DNA from: Prasinococcaceae sp. CCMP 1430
Lineage: Eukaryota > Plantae > Prasinodermophyta
Direction: 5' to 3'
Assembly (NCBI GenBank): GCA_013416795.1
Contig: RQSC01000014.1
Coordinates: forward strand, 141,510-205,509
DNA: 64,000 nucleotides
Numbering within the stretch: position 1 is the stretch's first letter; every line of letters begins with the position of its first letter. Shown here in pieces: positions 54,438-64,000 of this stretch. The translations under genes and the position numbers were made by a program. The notes below the pieces were generated by a model that saw nothing but the letters and a program-made list of their open reading frames with translations, had not been told where the DNA came from and made no database searches.

Positions 54438-56240
54438 ATGGCCACTGCCGCGCCGCCACGCGGCGACGCGATATTGCTGCACGCCGACCTCGATGGCTTC
54501 TACGCGCAAGTTGAGGCGAGGCGACTGGGGCTCGATGCGTCTGTCGCTGCCATCGGCGTGCTGCAGTGGGACTCGCTCATCGCGCTCTCCTACCCGGCCA
54601 AGGGCTGCGGCGTCCGGCGAGGCATGTCCAGCGCCGAGGCGCAGCGGCTTTGCCCGCAGATCACTCTGGCTCACGTGGAGGTGATTTTCACGTCCGGTGA
54701 GGTCGTGGAGGATCTGGTGGCGTACGAGCGTCGCACGGGCCGCCGCCCACGCGGAGAGTGTAAGGCGAGCCTCAGCCGTTACCGCGAGGCGAGCGCCGAG
54801 GTCTTCGATGCGCTCGGCCGTGAGCTGCCCGAGTGCGTGGAGCGCGCGAGCATCGATGAAGCGTACGTGGACGCGAGCGCAGCTGCGGAGGCGCTTCGGG
54901 GACGCGCCAAGGCCGACGGCAGCGCCATCGACACTGTCGCCGGCGGGGGCGCGCGCGACGAATGGGCGATCGTAGGTGGCGCGGCGGGCATCGGCGCCGC
55001 CGACGAGCCCCTCCTACGCGGTGCTCTCGTCGCCGAGCACCTGCGCGCAGTGGTGCGCGAGAAGACTGGCTTCACCATGAGCGTGGGGGTGGCGCGCTCG
55101 CGGCCGCTCGCCAAGCTCGCCTCGAGCCGCCACAAACCCAATCGCGTGTCGCTCGTTCCAGCGGCCGCCGCCCGCGAGCTGCTGAGCGCGGTACGCTTGC
55201 GCGACATCGGCGGCCTGGGCGGCAAGCTGGGCGAGGCAGTTGCGCGCGCGTTTGGGCTGTGCGCCGACGCGACGGCGGCGGAGCTGTGGCGCCATCCTCG
55301 TGAGACGCTGTGCGAGCGCATCGGCGCCGCTCGGGGGAAGTTCGTCTACGATCGCATACGCGGCATCGGTCAGGACAACGTGACTCCGAACCTGCTGGTG
55401 AATTCAGTGAGCGCATGCAAGAGCTTCACGGCGACGTCCGCCCGCCCGGCGCTCGCCAAGTGGATCCGCACGCTCGCAGGAGAGGTGCGCGCGCGCCTTG
55501 AGGCAGAGGCAAACGAGCGCGGGAGAGCGGCGCGCACGCTCGCGCTGCACTTCCGCTTCAGTGGTAGCGCCGGCGCGGCGGGCGGCGAGCGGTCGCGACA
55601 ATGCCGGCTTCCACCCACCCGAGGGACCGTCAGCGAGAGCGCGCTGGACGCGGCGTGCGAGAAGCTCCTCGACAGTGCTCTCGCGGCCGTGGCAGGCGCA
55701 CCCTTGTCGCGGCTGGCCCTGACTGCGAAAGACTTCGAGGTGTTGAGCGGCGGTGGCGTGGGCGGCGCGGGAGCGCTCGAGACGCTCTGGAAGGGGAAGT
55801 CCGCTGCATGCACCCCCGCGCCACGCGACGGTCAGCCCGCCGAGCCCGAGGTGGGCAGCGACGAACTTGCCCTCGAGGCCGAGGCGGCTGAAGGAGACGG
55901 GGCGCTCGACGTTGCCGCACCCGTCAGCAGGGATTCAAGGCCTAGCCTTTCGGGCGATGCGGGCGCGAGCGCGAGCGCGAGCGGTGCGCCCGTCGCCGGG
56001 GCTCTTCGCCCGGCGCCATCAGCTTCGCCTGACGAGTTCGATCTCGCGGGCGTCGACGCGGCCGAGCAGCGGCTCATCCTGAAGGCTTTAGAGCACGACA
56101 GGGAGCGTGGCGCGTCCAAGCGATCTCTCGTCGACCCGAGCGGCCGCGTCAGTGTTGGCGGCGCCAGCAAGCGCACGCGCAGGAAGGGCGGCGGACGGCA
56201 GGTGAGCGTGGCAGCCTTCTTCGCGCCCAAGCGGCCATAG
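54438..56240 (+). CDS. POLH: Y-family DNA polymerase eta
   Basis: HADLDGFYAQVE, VLQW..IALSYPAK, KASLSRYR, ERASIDEAY, KLASSRHKPN, GGLGGKLG, and a C-terminal PIP box QVSVAAFF. Confidence 0.88.
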   Translation: MATAAPPRGDAILLHADLDGFYAQVEARRLGLDASVAAIGVLQWDSLIALSYPAKGCGVRRGMSSAEAQRLCPQITLAHVEVIFTSGEVVEDLVAYERRTGRRPRGECKASLSRYREASAEVFDALGRELPECVERASIDEAYVDASAAAEALRGRAKADGSAIDTVAGGGARDEWAIVGGAAGIGAADEPLLRGALVAEHLRAVVREKTGFTMSVGVARSRPLAKLASSRHKPNRVSLVPAAAARELLSAVRLRDIGGLGGKLGEAVARAFGLCADATAAELWRHPRETLCERIGAARGKFVYDRIRGIGQDNVTPNLLVNSVSACKSFTATSARPALAKWIRTLAGEVRARLEAEANERGRAARTLALHFRFSGSAGAAGGERSRQCRLPPTRGTVSESALDAACEKLLDSALAAVAGAPLSRLALTAKDFEVLSGGGVGGAGALETLWKGKSAACTPAPRDGQPAEPEVGSDELALEAEAAEGDGALDVAAPVSRDSRPSLSGDAGASASASGAPVAGALRPAPSASPDEFDLAGVDAAEQRLILKALEHDRERGASKRSLVDPSGRVSVGGASKRTRRKGGGRQVSVAAFFAPKRP

Positions 56241-56399
56241 TGCCGCCAGCTGTTGTAAAAAAAATTGTACACTGTATTAGGTGGTGGTGGTGGGCGACGC
56301 CAATGTCGCACCGGCCGCCAGAAAGAATTTGTCGCGCGCGCGCGCGCGCGCCGCCTCGATGCGCTGCGCTGCGACGCAGAGCGCGCCGCTGCAGCGCGC

Positions 56400-57287
56400 C
56401 TACTTGCTCGCACCGACGCGGCTGACGGCGAGCTTGAGATCACGGATGAAGGAAATGTTGGCCCTTCGCACTTTCCTGCTTCCGATCACTCGGCATTTCT
56501 TCATGTTGGGAGAGTAGAGCGGGATGGTGCGCTCGACGCCCTCGCCGTTCTCGACCGAGCGCAGCACAAACGTGCTGCCGAGCCCGCGCTTGCGCAGCCG
56601 CAGCACCACGCCGCGGACCTTGGAGGAGCGCCCGCCGAGCTCCGGCAGGGCCAGCTCGAGCTCGAGATGCGACCCCGTGTCGAAGTTGTAGTCCACATCA
56701 GGCCGCGCAGCTCGCAGCCTCGCGACGGCGCGCGCCTCGTAGTCCTGCTGGATGCGTCGACCGACCTTGGGTAGCGCCTTGCGCTTCACCGTGCCGCGCT
56801 GCGAGAGCTTGTGCGGCCACAGCGGCGTCACCTCCATGCCCACGCCCTCCGCGGGGTCGCTCGTCTCCGACGGCCTCGCGCGCCCCGCAAACCCGCGCTG
56901 ATGCCGCCACAGCGATGGATAGCTCGTCCCCGACGGTGCCGCGCGCGCCGCGAACCCGCGCTGCTGGCGCAGGTGCTGCTGTCGGCTCAGCTCTGCGGGC
57001 CCGGCGCTCTGCGCCCCGCGAGCCAACCCTAGAACGCCGTGCTGCCTCGCTGTGCACCTGGTTGACGCGCCGCGCACGTCGAGCGCTGCCACGCGCGCCG
57101 CGAGCGATGTGACACCCCTCGCATCTACCCCCACTGCGTACGACGCCAGGCCTGCCAAGGACCTGCCGCGGGGGCCGCCCGCCGTCGCTGATGACGTGCA
57201 GCGCGCCGCGGCCGCTGCTGCGCCTGCGCACGCGCGGGCCGCGACCGCCGCCGCGGACGCAGCCGCGCCGGTCCCGCCGCGCACCAT
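56400..57287 (-). CDS. Mitochondrial ribosomal protein bL19
   Basis: Long presequence, then GVVLRLRKRGLGSTFVLR..GEGVERTIPLYSP..KVRRANISFIRD. Confidence 0.85.
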   Translation of the reverse strand: MVRGGTGAAASAAAVAARACAGAAAAAARCTSSATAGGPRGRSLAGLASYAVGVDARGVTSLAARVAALDVRGASTRCTARQHGVLGLARGAQSAGPAELSRQQHLRQQRGFAARAAPSGTSYPSLWRHQRGFAGRARPSETSDPAEGVGMEVTPLWPHKLSQRGTVKRKALPKVGRRIQQDYEARAVARLRAARPDVDYNFDTGSHLELELALPELGGRSSKVRGVVLRLRKRGLGSTFVLRSVENGEGVERTIPLYSPNMKKCRVIGSRKVRRANISFIRDLKLAVSRVGASK

Positions 57288-58088
57288 CCCCCCTGCGGCC
57301 GCCTTCCCTCCCGTGCGTATCACCGCCGCCGCTCGCCCGTTCGGCGGCACGCACGGGCCCTTTCTCCCCTCCCTCCCTCCCTCCCTCCCTCGCCTGCCTT
57401 CCCCACCGGCGCTGCGGCGCCGCCCGCGCGCAGTGTGGCCGGCATCGCTATCGCTGCCTGCGGCGGGCGCAGCAAGATCGCGATCGCCATATCACCGCAT
57501 CCGAGCACCGACATACCCACGGGCGAGCGAATCCGAATCCTCTCATGAATGGCACGAATATCCACGAATGCCGGTCTTTTTTTTTTTTTTGGAGGGAGTG
57601 GGGCTCGGTGTCTGCAGGCGGCTCGCGCCGCGCCGCCCACCTGCGCCGCCAGCGCCCCTGACCGCAAGCCTCCCTCGCCTCCCCCTCACACACAGAGGGA
57701 CTTGGTGCGGGGGACGGGCGGGAAGAGCGGGCGCCGGAAGACGTCTTCCTCCCTCCCTGAGCCCCGCTCCTCCCGGCGGAGCCCCACGGCGCGGCTGCAA
57801 GCTGCCCCACTCACCCATCGACCCTCCTCACCACCCGCCGGTGCCGATCGAATTGAGAACGCCGGGGAAAAAATGCGGTGCGGCGCTCGCGCCCGCGCTG
57901 CGGCGCGCAGCAGGACGGCGCCAGAGCGCGCGCGCCCTGGGCGGAAGGCGCGCGAGTGTGTTTGTGCAGCGAGGGCTATTGCTGCCACGCCACCGGCGCT
58001 CCGAGTGCGAAGGGCGAGCGGCCGGCCGCGAGCCTCGGGCGGGCCGCGCCCCCCGGGACGCGCACGCNNNNNNNNNNNNNNNNNNNNN

Positions 58089-59043
58089 CGCGGGCTCGGC
58101 CGCCGTGGCAGAGAGCGGGGGCGGTGGCGCCGCCGCGGGCGCAGGCGCCGCGGGCGCACCGGCCTCGCGTGGGAGCAGCCCGGTGGCGCGGATCGCCAGT
58201 GGGCTCTTGTGGGGCGTGGGGCTGGGCGGGGCGGGCCTCTTCGCGTATTCGACCCAGGCGTACGGCTTGGACGATGTGCGCGCCAAAGTGAAGGAGGTCC
58301 AGAGCGATAACAGCGCGGACGGCGCTCTCTCACAGGCCGCTGGAGCGTACCTCAGCGCGCGAGAGCAGATGGACGAGTGGGTGCGCCACTACGCGGACCC
58401 CTCGTCCGAGCTGCTGCTGCCCGACCTGCCGCCACACCTGCAGGGAACTGTGCGCACGCTCGTGCTAGACCTCGACGATCTGCTCGTGCACAGCGATTGG
58501 GCGCGCAGCCGTGGCTGGCGCGTGTTCAAGCGGCCGGGCGTCGAAGACTTCCTGAAGCAGATGAGCCAGTACTACGAGATCGTCATCTATACATCCCAGC
58601 TGAGCACGTACGCCGAGCCCATAATCGACAGGCTGGACAAGGAGCGCTACGTAAGCTACAGGCTCTACCGGGACGCCACGCAGTACACGGGCGGCGAGCA
58701 TGTGCGCGACCTGAGCAAGCTCAACAGGGACCCCAAGCTGGTGCTCTTTCTCGGCGCCGATCCCAAGGCGTACGCGCTGCAGCCCGAGAACGCGCTTCCC
58801 GTCAAGCCGTACAAGATGGAGGACGGCGACACGGCGCTGCTCGACATGATGCCCTTGCTGGAGGCCATCGTGCGGCAGCAGGCACCGGACATCCGCCGGG
58901 TGGTCGCGGCGTACAGGGACTGCGAGGACATCCCTGGGGCCTTCAGGGAGCGCACGAAGGCGGCGCAGCAGAGACTAAAGGAGCACAACAAGCGCAGGAG
59001 CTCCTTCCTCTCGAGGCGCGGGGCGGCACCCCAGCACGACTGA
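58089..59043 (+). CDS. TIM50: Mitochondrial inner-membrane translocase subunit TIM50 (5' end in gap)
   Basis: TM helix, PSSELLLPD, RTLVLDLDDLLVHSDW..GWRVFKRPGV, RLYRDAT, RDLSKLNRD. Confidence 0.92.
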
Positions 59044-59295
59044 GCGGAGCGCATTCCGCCGGGGGCGCGTGCATCAGGGGTGAAGTAAATAAACGCGGAA
59101 CGTTGCGCTGCAGGCAGGGGTGGTTTCGAGCGTCTGCGCAGCCCCTGGTGGAGAGCGGCGCGTGTGCTGGTGCGAACGATGGCGTCAAAAGAGGTACACT
59201 GTACTTTACTGCGACCATGGCCACCTGTCGCCTTTCTATGTCACAAATTCGAAATGTGCGTGCGTGCTTCACGCGGGGGGCGGGCGCCAGGGGCG

Positions 59296-60603
59296 CTAAA
59301 ACTCGCGCCCGGGCATGACGTGCGGCGCCACGAGAGTCCACAGGTAAATCGCCACGGTGCACCACTCGCAGATGATCTTCACCCACACGCTCGGCCAGCC
59401 GACGTTGATGGTGTCAATCTGTTGGTGCGCGCTGAGGTCGCCCCAGCCCGTCATAAGCATGGCTGAGTACATGCTGCCGCACGCAAAAATGAGGTGGAAG
59501 AACGAGTAGTTGTACGGCACGGGGCGCGGCAGGTCGTCGTCATCCTCGCGCTCAGGAGCGGCCCCCTCCTCGTCGTCCGAGTCTGCGCCGGTCAGCCTGC
59601 GGCGCTGCGCGTCGTCCTCGCGGTCCTGGAGGCGCTCATACTCCTCGACGGCCAGGTCGGACGAGCCCTCCGTGGAAAGCACCTGGGACGAACCCGCGCG
59701 GAAGGCGGAGTACACGATGGACACCAGCGTGAGGGCGAGACCCCCCCCAAGGACGCCCTGCGAGGTCGAGGCGCCGGGCATGCCGTTGCACTCGTCAGTC
59801 TCCGACGTCATGGCCGTGAAGTTGAGGTACATCGCGTAGATGCTGACGACGGCCGCGGGGAGGAGCGAGCCGTTGTGCGACTTCGGGTGGAGCGACGCAG
59901 CCGTGAGCACCAGCACCAGCAAGCAGCTGAGGCTGGTGAAGAAGACGTTGATGCTGCAGTGCGAGAAGAAGGCGAACGACACCCCGGCGAGGCTAACGAC
60001 GCCCAGGTAGCACGCGATGCACACAGCGAACAGCGCGGCGAACCAGCGCTCGTCGTCCTTGGCGACCCAGCTCTCGTTCCACTCGTAGGCGAAATCGAGC
60101 AGGATGAGCACCTGCACGAGCAAGAAGACGGCGCTGCCCACGCGCGCGAGCTCGCCGTAGGCCTTGATCGCACTCCCGGGCAGCCAGAATGCGCCCACGC
60201 TCATTGCGAGCCAGAGAAACACCTTGAGACCCCACCCTTTGGTGTGGATCGCGTTGCGCGTGTCCTTGATGGTCTTGACGTTGGCGGTCGCCAGCGCGAG
60301 CAGCACGAAGAAGAAGGAGGTCGCAGCTGAGAGCCGCATGACGGCCTGCGTTCCGCACCACGCCGAGTCCTCGCTTGGGTCGACGCCCTCACCGTGGCGC
60401 ACGGCCCACGGCAGCTTCCTGACGAGCGGCTGCGCATAGTCGCGCAGCACCCACGAGCTGCCCATCGAGACCACGAAGAGCGTCACGTACATGGCACGCG
60501 CTGCCTTCGATCCCACGGAGAGGCAGCCACGCATGCTCGCGCACGCGCAGTACGACGCCGCTGACGCCGCCGCCGAGGCGGCGCACGTTCCCAGCGCGAA
60601 CAT
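59296..60603 (-). CDS. SERINC: Serine incorporator (SERINC/TMS1)
   Basis: Cys-rich N-terminus, CGTQAVMRLS, QVLILLDF, GSLLP, YNYSFFHLIF..MYSAMLMTGW, WTLVAP..REF. Confidence 0.95.
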   Translation of the reverse strand: MFALGTCAASAAASAASYCACASMRGCLSVGSKAARAMYVTLFVVSMGSSWVLRDYAQPLVRKLPWAVRHGEGVDPSEDSAWCGTQAVMRLSAATSFFFVLLALATANVKTIKDTRNAIHTKGWGLKVFLWLAMSVGAFWLPGSAIKAYGELARVGSAVFLLVQVLILLDFAYEWNESWVAKDDERWFAALFAVCIACYLGVVSLAGVSFAFFSHCSINVFFTSLSCLLVLVLTAASLHPKSHNGSLLPAAVVSIYAMYLNFTAMTSETDECNGMPGASTSQGVLGGGLALTLVSIVYSAFRAGSSQVLSTEGSSDLAVEEYERLQDREDDAQRRRLTGADSDDEEGAAPEREDDDDLPRPVPYNYSFFHLIFACGSMYSAMLMTGWGDLSAHQQIDTINVGWPSVWVKIICEWCTVAIYLWTLVAPHVMPGREF

Positions 60604-61202
60604 GGCTGTTTCCCCCCCGTGCACCCACCCCTCCTCGTAGCGGCCAGCCTTGAGTGCCGCCCCGAACGACGCGATGCGGCGAAGCAAGTAAAAAAAAAAG
60701 AGCGGGGCGCGACGCCCCCTTGCGGCGCGAGTGCGCCTCTGGCGGCGCGAGCGCGCGACTCGCGCGCCGTGCGCGCCGAGTGCCACCCCTCCCCTTCGGC
60801 GCCCCCCTCACCCTCGCCCGCGCCCTCGCTGCTGCCCTCGCCCTCGGCGGCGCCACGAGCCCCCCCGCCCCGTAGCGTGCGCTTCCTCCGGAGTTGACGG
60901 ATTTCAGATCTCAAACCGCGTTGTTCTTGGTACTTTGGAAGACAAGTGATAAAACAAAAAAATGCCAGAAAAAGAAAACACACGCGTCTCGCGATTTTCT
61001 GTCTGAGAAAGGCAAGGTTATTTGGAGGGGAAACGAAAAAAAATAAAAGCGGCGCCGCCTTCTGGAGGCACGCGGGGCCTTCCAGAAGGCGCTGCGCGGT
61101 GCGCCGCGCCACACCGCCGCTGCGCGGCGCCCCCTGTGACCCCCGCCGCCGCGCCCTTCACCTCGCCGGGCGGTCGCGAGGTGGTGAGGGCGCCCGGCAG
61201 CC

Positions 61203-62559
61203 ATGGCAGACGATCTGAACTTCGACTTCGAGGTGCAGCTCAACGCTCGCGATGCCGTCAACCGCGAGCTCAACAAGGTGCGCAAGATGGGCCACGACTC
61301 GAGCATGGCGCAGATGGCGCAGTCCAACGGCAACGCGCCGCGTCACGGCAAGTCCAACTTCAGGCAGATCGTGTGCAGGCACTGGCTCAGGGGGCTCTGC
61401 ATGAAGGGCGACGACTGCACCTTCCTGCATCAGGTGAGGCGCTGCGCGACCGCTCGCTCGCTCCGTCTCGAGCGCCGGCGCGAGGCGCGGGATGGTTGTT
61501 AGGGTTGCCACCCAAGCTGTGCGCTCTCGCCGCTGGATGCCGCCCGCGCACGCTCGAGCCCAAAGCGCACCCTCGTGTCCCCCCGCGGCGCGAAAGGCTC
61601 GCCCTTCTTCCGATCGCGCGCTCCCAGCTGGCACGGTGCCCCTGCGCGTGCCCCTTGCGGCCACACCTGCTCGTGCTGACTCCAAAAATTCTGCGACTTC
61701 GCGTCACGCCGTCCTCTGCCTCCCCAACCCCACCCACCCCACCCACCCTCCCGCCGCACTTGCGCAGGCCATCCCGGAGAAGATGCCCATCTGCCAGTAC
61801 TTCAGCCGCTTCGGCGAGTGCCACCAGCCGGACTGTCCCTTCAAGCACATCGAGGAGGAGGTGAAGGAGTGCTACATGTACAAGCTCGGCTGGTGCATAA
61901 ACGGGCCGTACTGCCGGTACCGCCACGTCAAGCTGCCAGGCCCTCCGCCGTCCATCCTTGAGACGATCAAGCTGAGGCTGCCGAGCGTTGCGGGTGGAGG
62001 CGCAACGGTGCATCACCGCCCCGTGCCGAAGGAGGGCGGTGGCTGGACCACCGAGCGTCCCGAGGACAGGAGGGCCAGGGACCAGCGCGCTTTTGGCGGG
62101 CAGCGCGTCCACAGGCCGCCGCCGCCATCCTACGTCTGCCATCTGTGCCGCATTCCGGGGCACTGGAAGCAGCAGTGTCCTACCCTCAACAAGGGCGGCG
62201 AGGGCGGCGAGGACGGCGGCGGCAAGGGGTCCTACGGCAGCGACCGCCCGGCCAAGCGCGCCCGCTATGACTCGGGTGGCTACCAGCAGCAACAGTCGCA
62301 GCAGGCCGCGCAGCCGACCGCGCAGCAGCAGCAGACCTCACAGCAGCTCGGGGGGTGGGGCGCGCAGCCGGTGGGCCAGCAGGCGGCCCAGCAGCCTGCC
62401 CAACAGCCGCAGCAGCAATGGGGATCGCAGCCGGCGCGCGGGCCACCGGCCCCGCAGCAGTCGCAGCCGCAGCTGGGGGGGTGGGGGGCCAAGCCAGTCG
62501 GCCAGCATACCATGCCCCCGCCCTCACACCCGCCGCAGCAGGGCGGCTACTACCGCTAG
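61203..62559 (+). CDS. CPSF30: CPSF30/YTH1-like CCCH zinc-finger protein with zinc knuckle; intron 61434-61767
   Basis: FRQIVCRHWLRGLCMKGDDCTFLHQ|AIPEKMPICQYF..ECYMYKLGWCINGPYCRYRH, and CHLCRIPGHWKQQCP. Confidence 0.92.
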
Positions 62560-62693
62560 CGCGCTCGCTTGCTTCATGCTACCGTAGCAAGGGGCTAGTT
62601 AGAGAGGGGCGATGTAACATAGGGCGCGCCCACGCGCGCCCACCGCTGTAAGCTATTGACTTTTCCACCGACGCACGGACAGGACTGCGACGC

Positions 62694-62728
62694 GTCTCGT
62701 CTCGTCTCGTCTCGTCTCGTCTCGTCTC
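62694..62728 (+). repeat. (GTCTC)7 microsatellite
   Basis: Read directly from the sequence. Confidence 0.9.
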
Positions 62729-62931
62729 GCGTGCTCGCACGCCGCGCTTGCCTGCCATTTCTGAGACTGTGCTTCGGACCCACGTGCGCGTGCTGACACA
62801 AGGCCAGCAGCGCGTGCGCTGCCTTGTCCCTCGAAGAGTAGCTCGGCCACACTAGAGTAGAGACAAAACCCTTATGGAACTAGGTGAGGCGTAGCATCGA
62901 CCAGGTGCGCAGCCGCCGTGCGCTCAGCGTC

Positions 62932-63321
62932 TCAGCTGTGGCGAGACGCCGCCCGAGCATCCGCGCCACACGCGTGGCACGCCTTTCGGCAGTCGTCCAA
63001 CATGTAGACCGGGTTGGCCGCGCACTGCCCCCTTGCCGCCCACGCCTCGCAACTCGGGTGCTTGTTTTCGCATGGTCCAAGCATTGCCGGCGCGGGCGGC
63101 GTGCCCGCGGGTGCCAGCTTGCGCGGCCGCGGCCCACCGCGCCGCATCTTTGGCACGTCGGCCGCCGCGGCGTCTGCTGCGAGCTCGCGCATGCTCTGCA
63201 GCGCGCCCCCGCCCGCTGCGCCTCTGAGCCTCGGGGCGAGCGCGACGGCCGCGCTCGCCGCAGCGAAGAGCGCGAGCACGAACGCCGCGACCGCCCACGC
63301 GTTCACCTTCGCCTTAGGCAT
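62932..63321 (-). CDS. Small signal-anchored ShKT-domain protein
   Basis: N-terminal hydrophobic helix, then the six-Cys ShK pattern CENKHPSCEAWAARGQCAANPVYMLDDCRKACHAC. Confidence 0.85.
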   Translation of the reverse strand: MPKAKVNAWAVAAFVLALFAAASAAVALAPRLRGAAGGGALQSMRELAADAAAADVPKMRRGGPRPRKLAPAGTPPAPAMLGPCENKHPSCEAWAARGQCAANPVYMLDDCRKACHACGADARAASRHS

Positions 63322-64000
63322 CTCGCCCCCGCCCACCGCGCCGCCGGCGCGCGGTGTGCGGGCGTGCGAGAGGTGCCGCATGCGCCCGACGCGCGCCGCG
63401 CTCGCCCCCCCGCGCGGCTGTTCATCAGGTGTTAGCGCGGCGGCGCGGGCGGGCGGCGCCCCCCCCCGGCACCGCCTCTCCGCCGGTATCAAAACGCACT
63501 CACGCGCACCAGCAGCAGCGCAGCTCGTCATCATCATCAATCAAAGAGGAGTTGGCCGCGGCGCGCAGGCCGGCTGGCGCGCGGGCTTCGGTTCCGGTTT
63601 CGGGATTGGGCTGCAGCAGAGGCCGTTCTCACATCAAAGTAAGGAGCAGCCGCGCGCTGCGCCCTGTCCTCTCCGGGCGAAAGTGGGGCCCGACCGAAAC
63701 GCACCCGCGGCCGGTCCCAGACAACACCATCAGTCAGGCTTTCGGCAACGGGGGAATCGGAGATGGAATCAAACAGGAAGGCAGGCAGGGAGCGGGAAAT
63801 TCAGGGTGGAATGAATTCAATTTCCCCCGGACTGACTGACTGACTGTCAGAGAGCAATGGCCAGGCGATGGCCGTGCGAGCACGGTGCTGTGCCTGTGGC
63901 CGGCCATCAGGGGCCACAGAGCGGCCGCGCAGCGCGGCGCGCGCGCGCGCGCGCGTCGCTTCGCTGCTGCGGAAGCGCAGGCGCGCGGGGCATGGCGGCG

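Noticed and set aside
4285-61767. Introner-like repeated introns
   Set aside because: Introns share only donor/branch consensus and CG-rich low complexity; no extended mutual similarity was seen by eye.
36056-62559. CLP1, CPSF30, PRPF31 and TSR1 as an RNA-processing gene cluster
   Set aside because: They are scattered among unrelated genes, as expected by chance in a compact genome.

Overview
Eukaryotic nuclear DNA, very GC-rich and gene-dense (about 33 protein-coding genes in 64 kb). Introns are short GT-AG, usually with GTGCG/GTGAG donors and CTGAC branch points, and short AT-rich patches sit between divergent genes. The gene set (LL-DAP aminotransferase, plastid SecY2, MurD, HPPK-DHPS, GT64) points to a prasinophyte-grade green alga; this is an inference. 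The assembly is a draft: N-gaps and single Ns fall at several gene 5' ends, and at least one misjoin is suspected. Most genes are housekeeping: golgin/TMF, PRPF31, TSR1, RabGGTase alpha, CLP1, CPSF30, Pol eta, TIM50, SERINC, mitochondrial bL19. Four observations stand out. (1) A DsbA/FrnE-like selenoprotein that the ORF track truncates: after splicing it reads S-D-T-M-U(TGA)-P-N-G-Y-I-G-K-R, and a well-formed SECIS-like hairpin lies in its 3' UTR. (2) An intronless NLR-like gene (putative MLKL/HeLo-like helical domain, NB-ARC, ten 126-bp TPR repeats with site-specific variation, SAP-like tail), a candidate algal immune receptor. (3) Candidate plastid peptidoglycan genes (MurD, DapL, LysM protein). 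(4) Several odd architectures: a VHS-UIM-kinase, a TSR1::RabGGTase fusion, and a 54-bp perfect palindrome joining two divergent genes. No rRNA, tRNA, CRISPR array or transposase was recognised. All family calls come from motif recognition by eye; no database searches were run.
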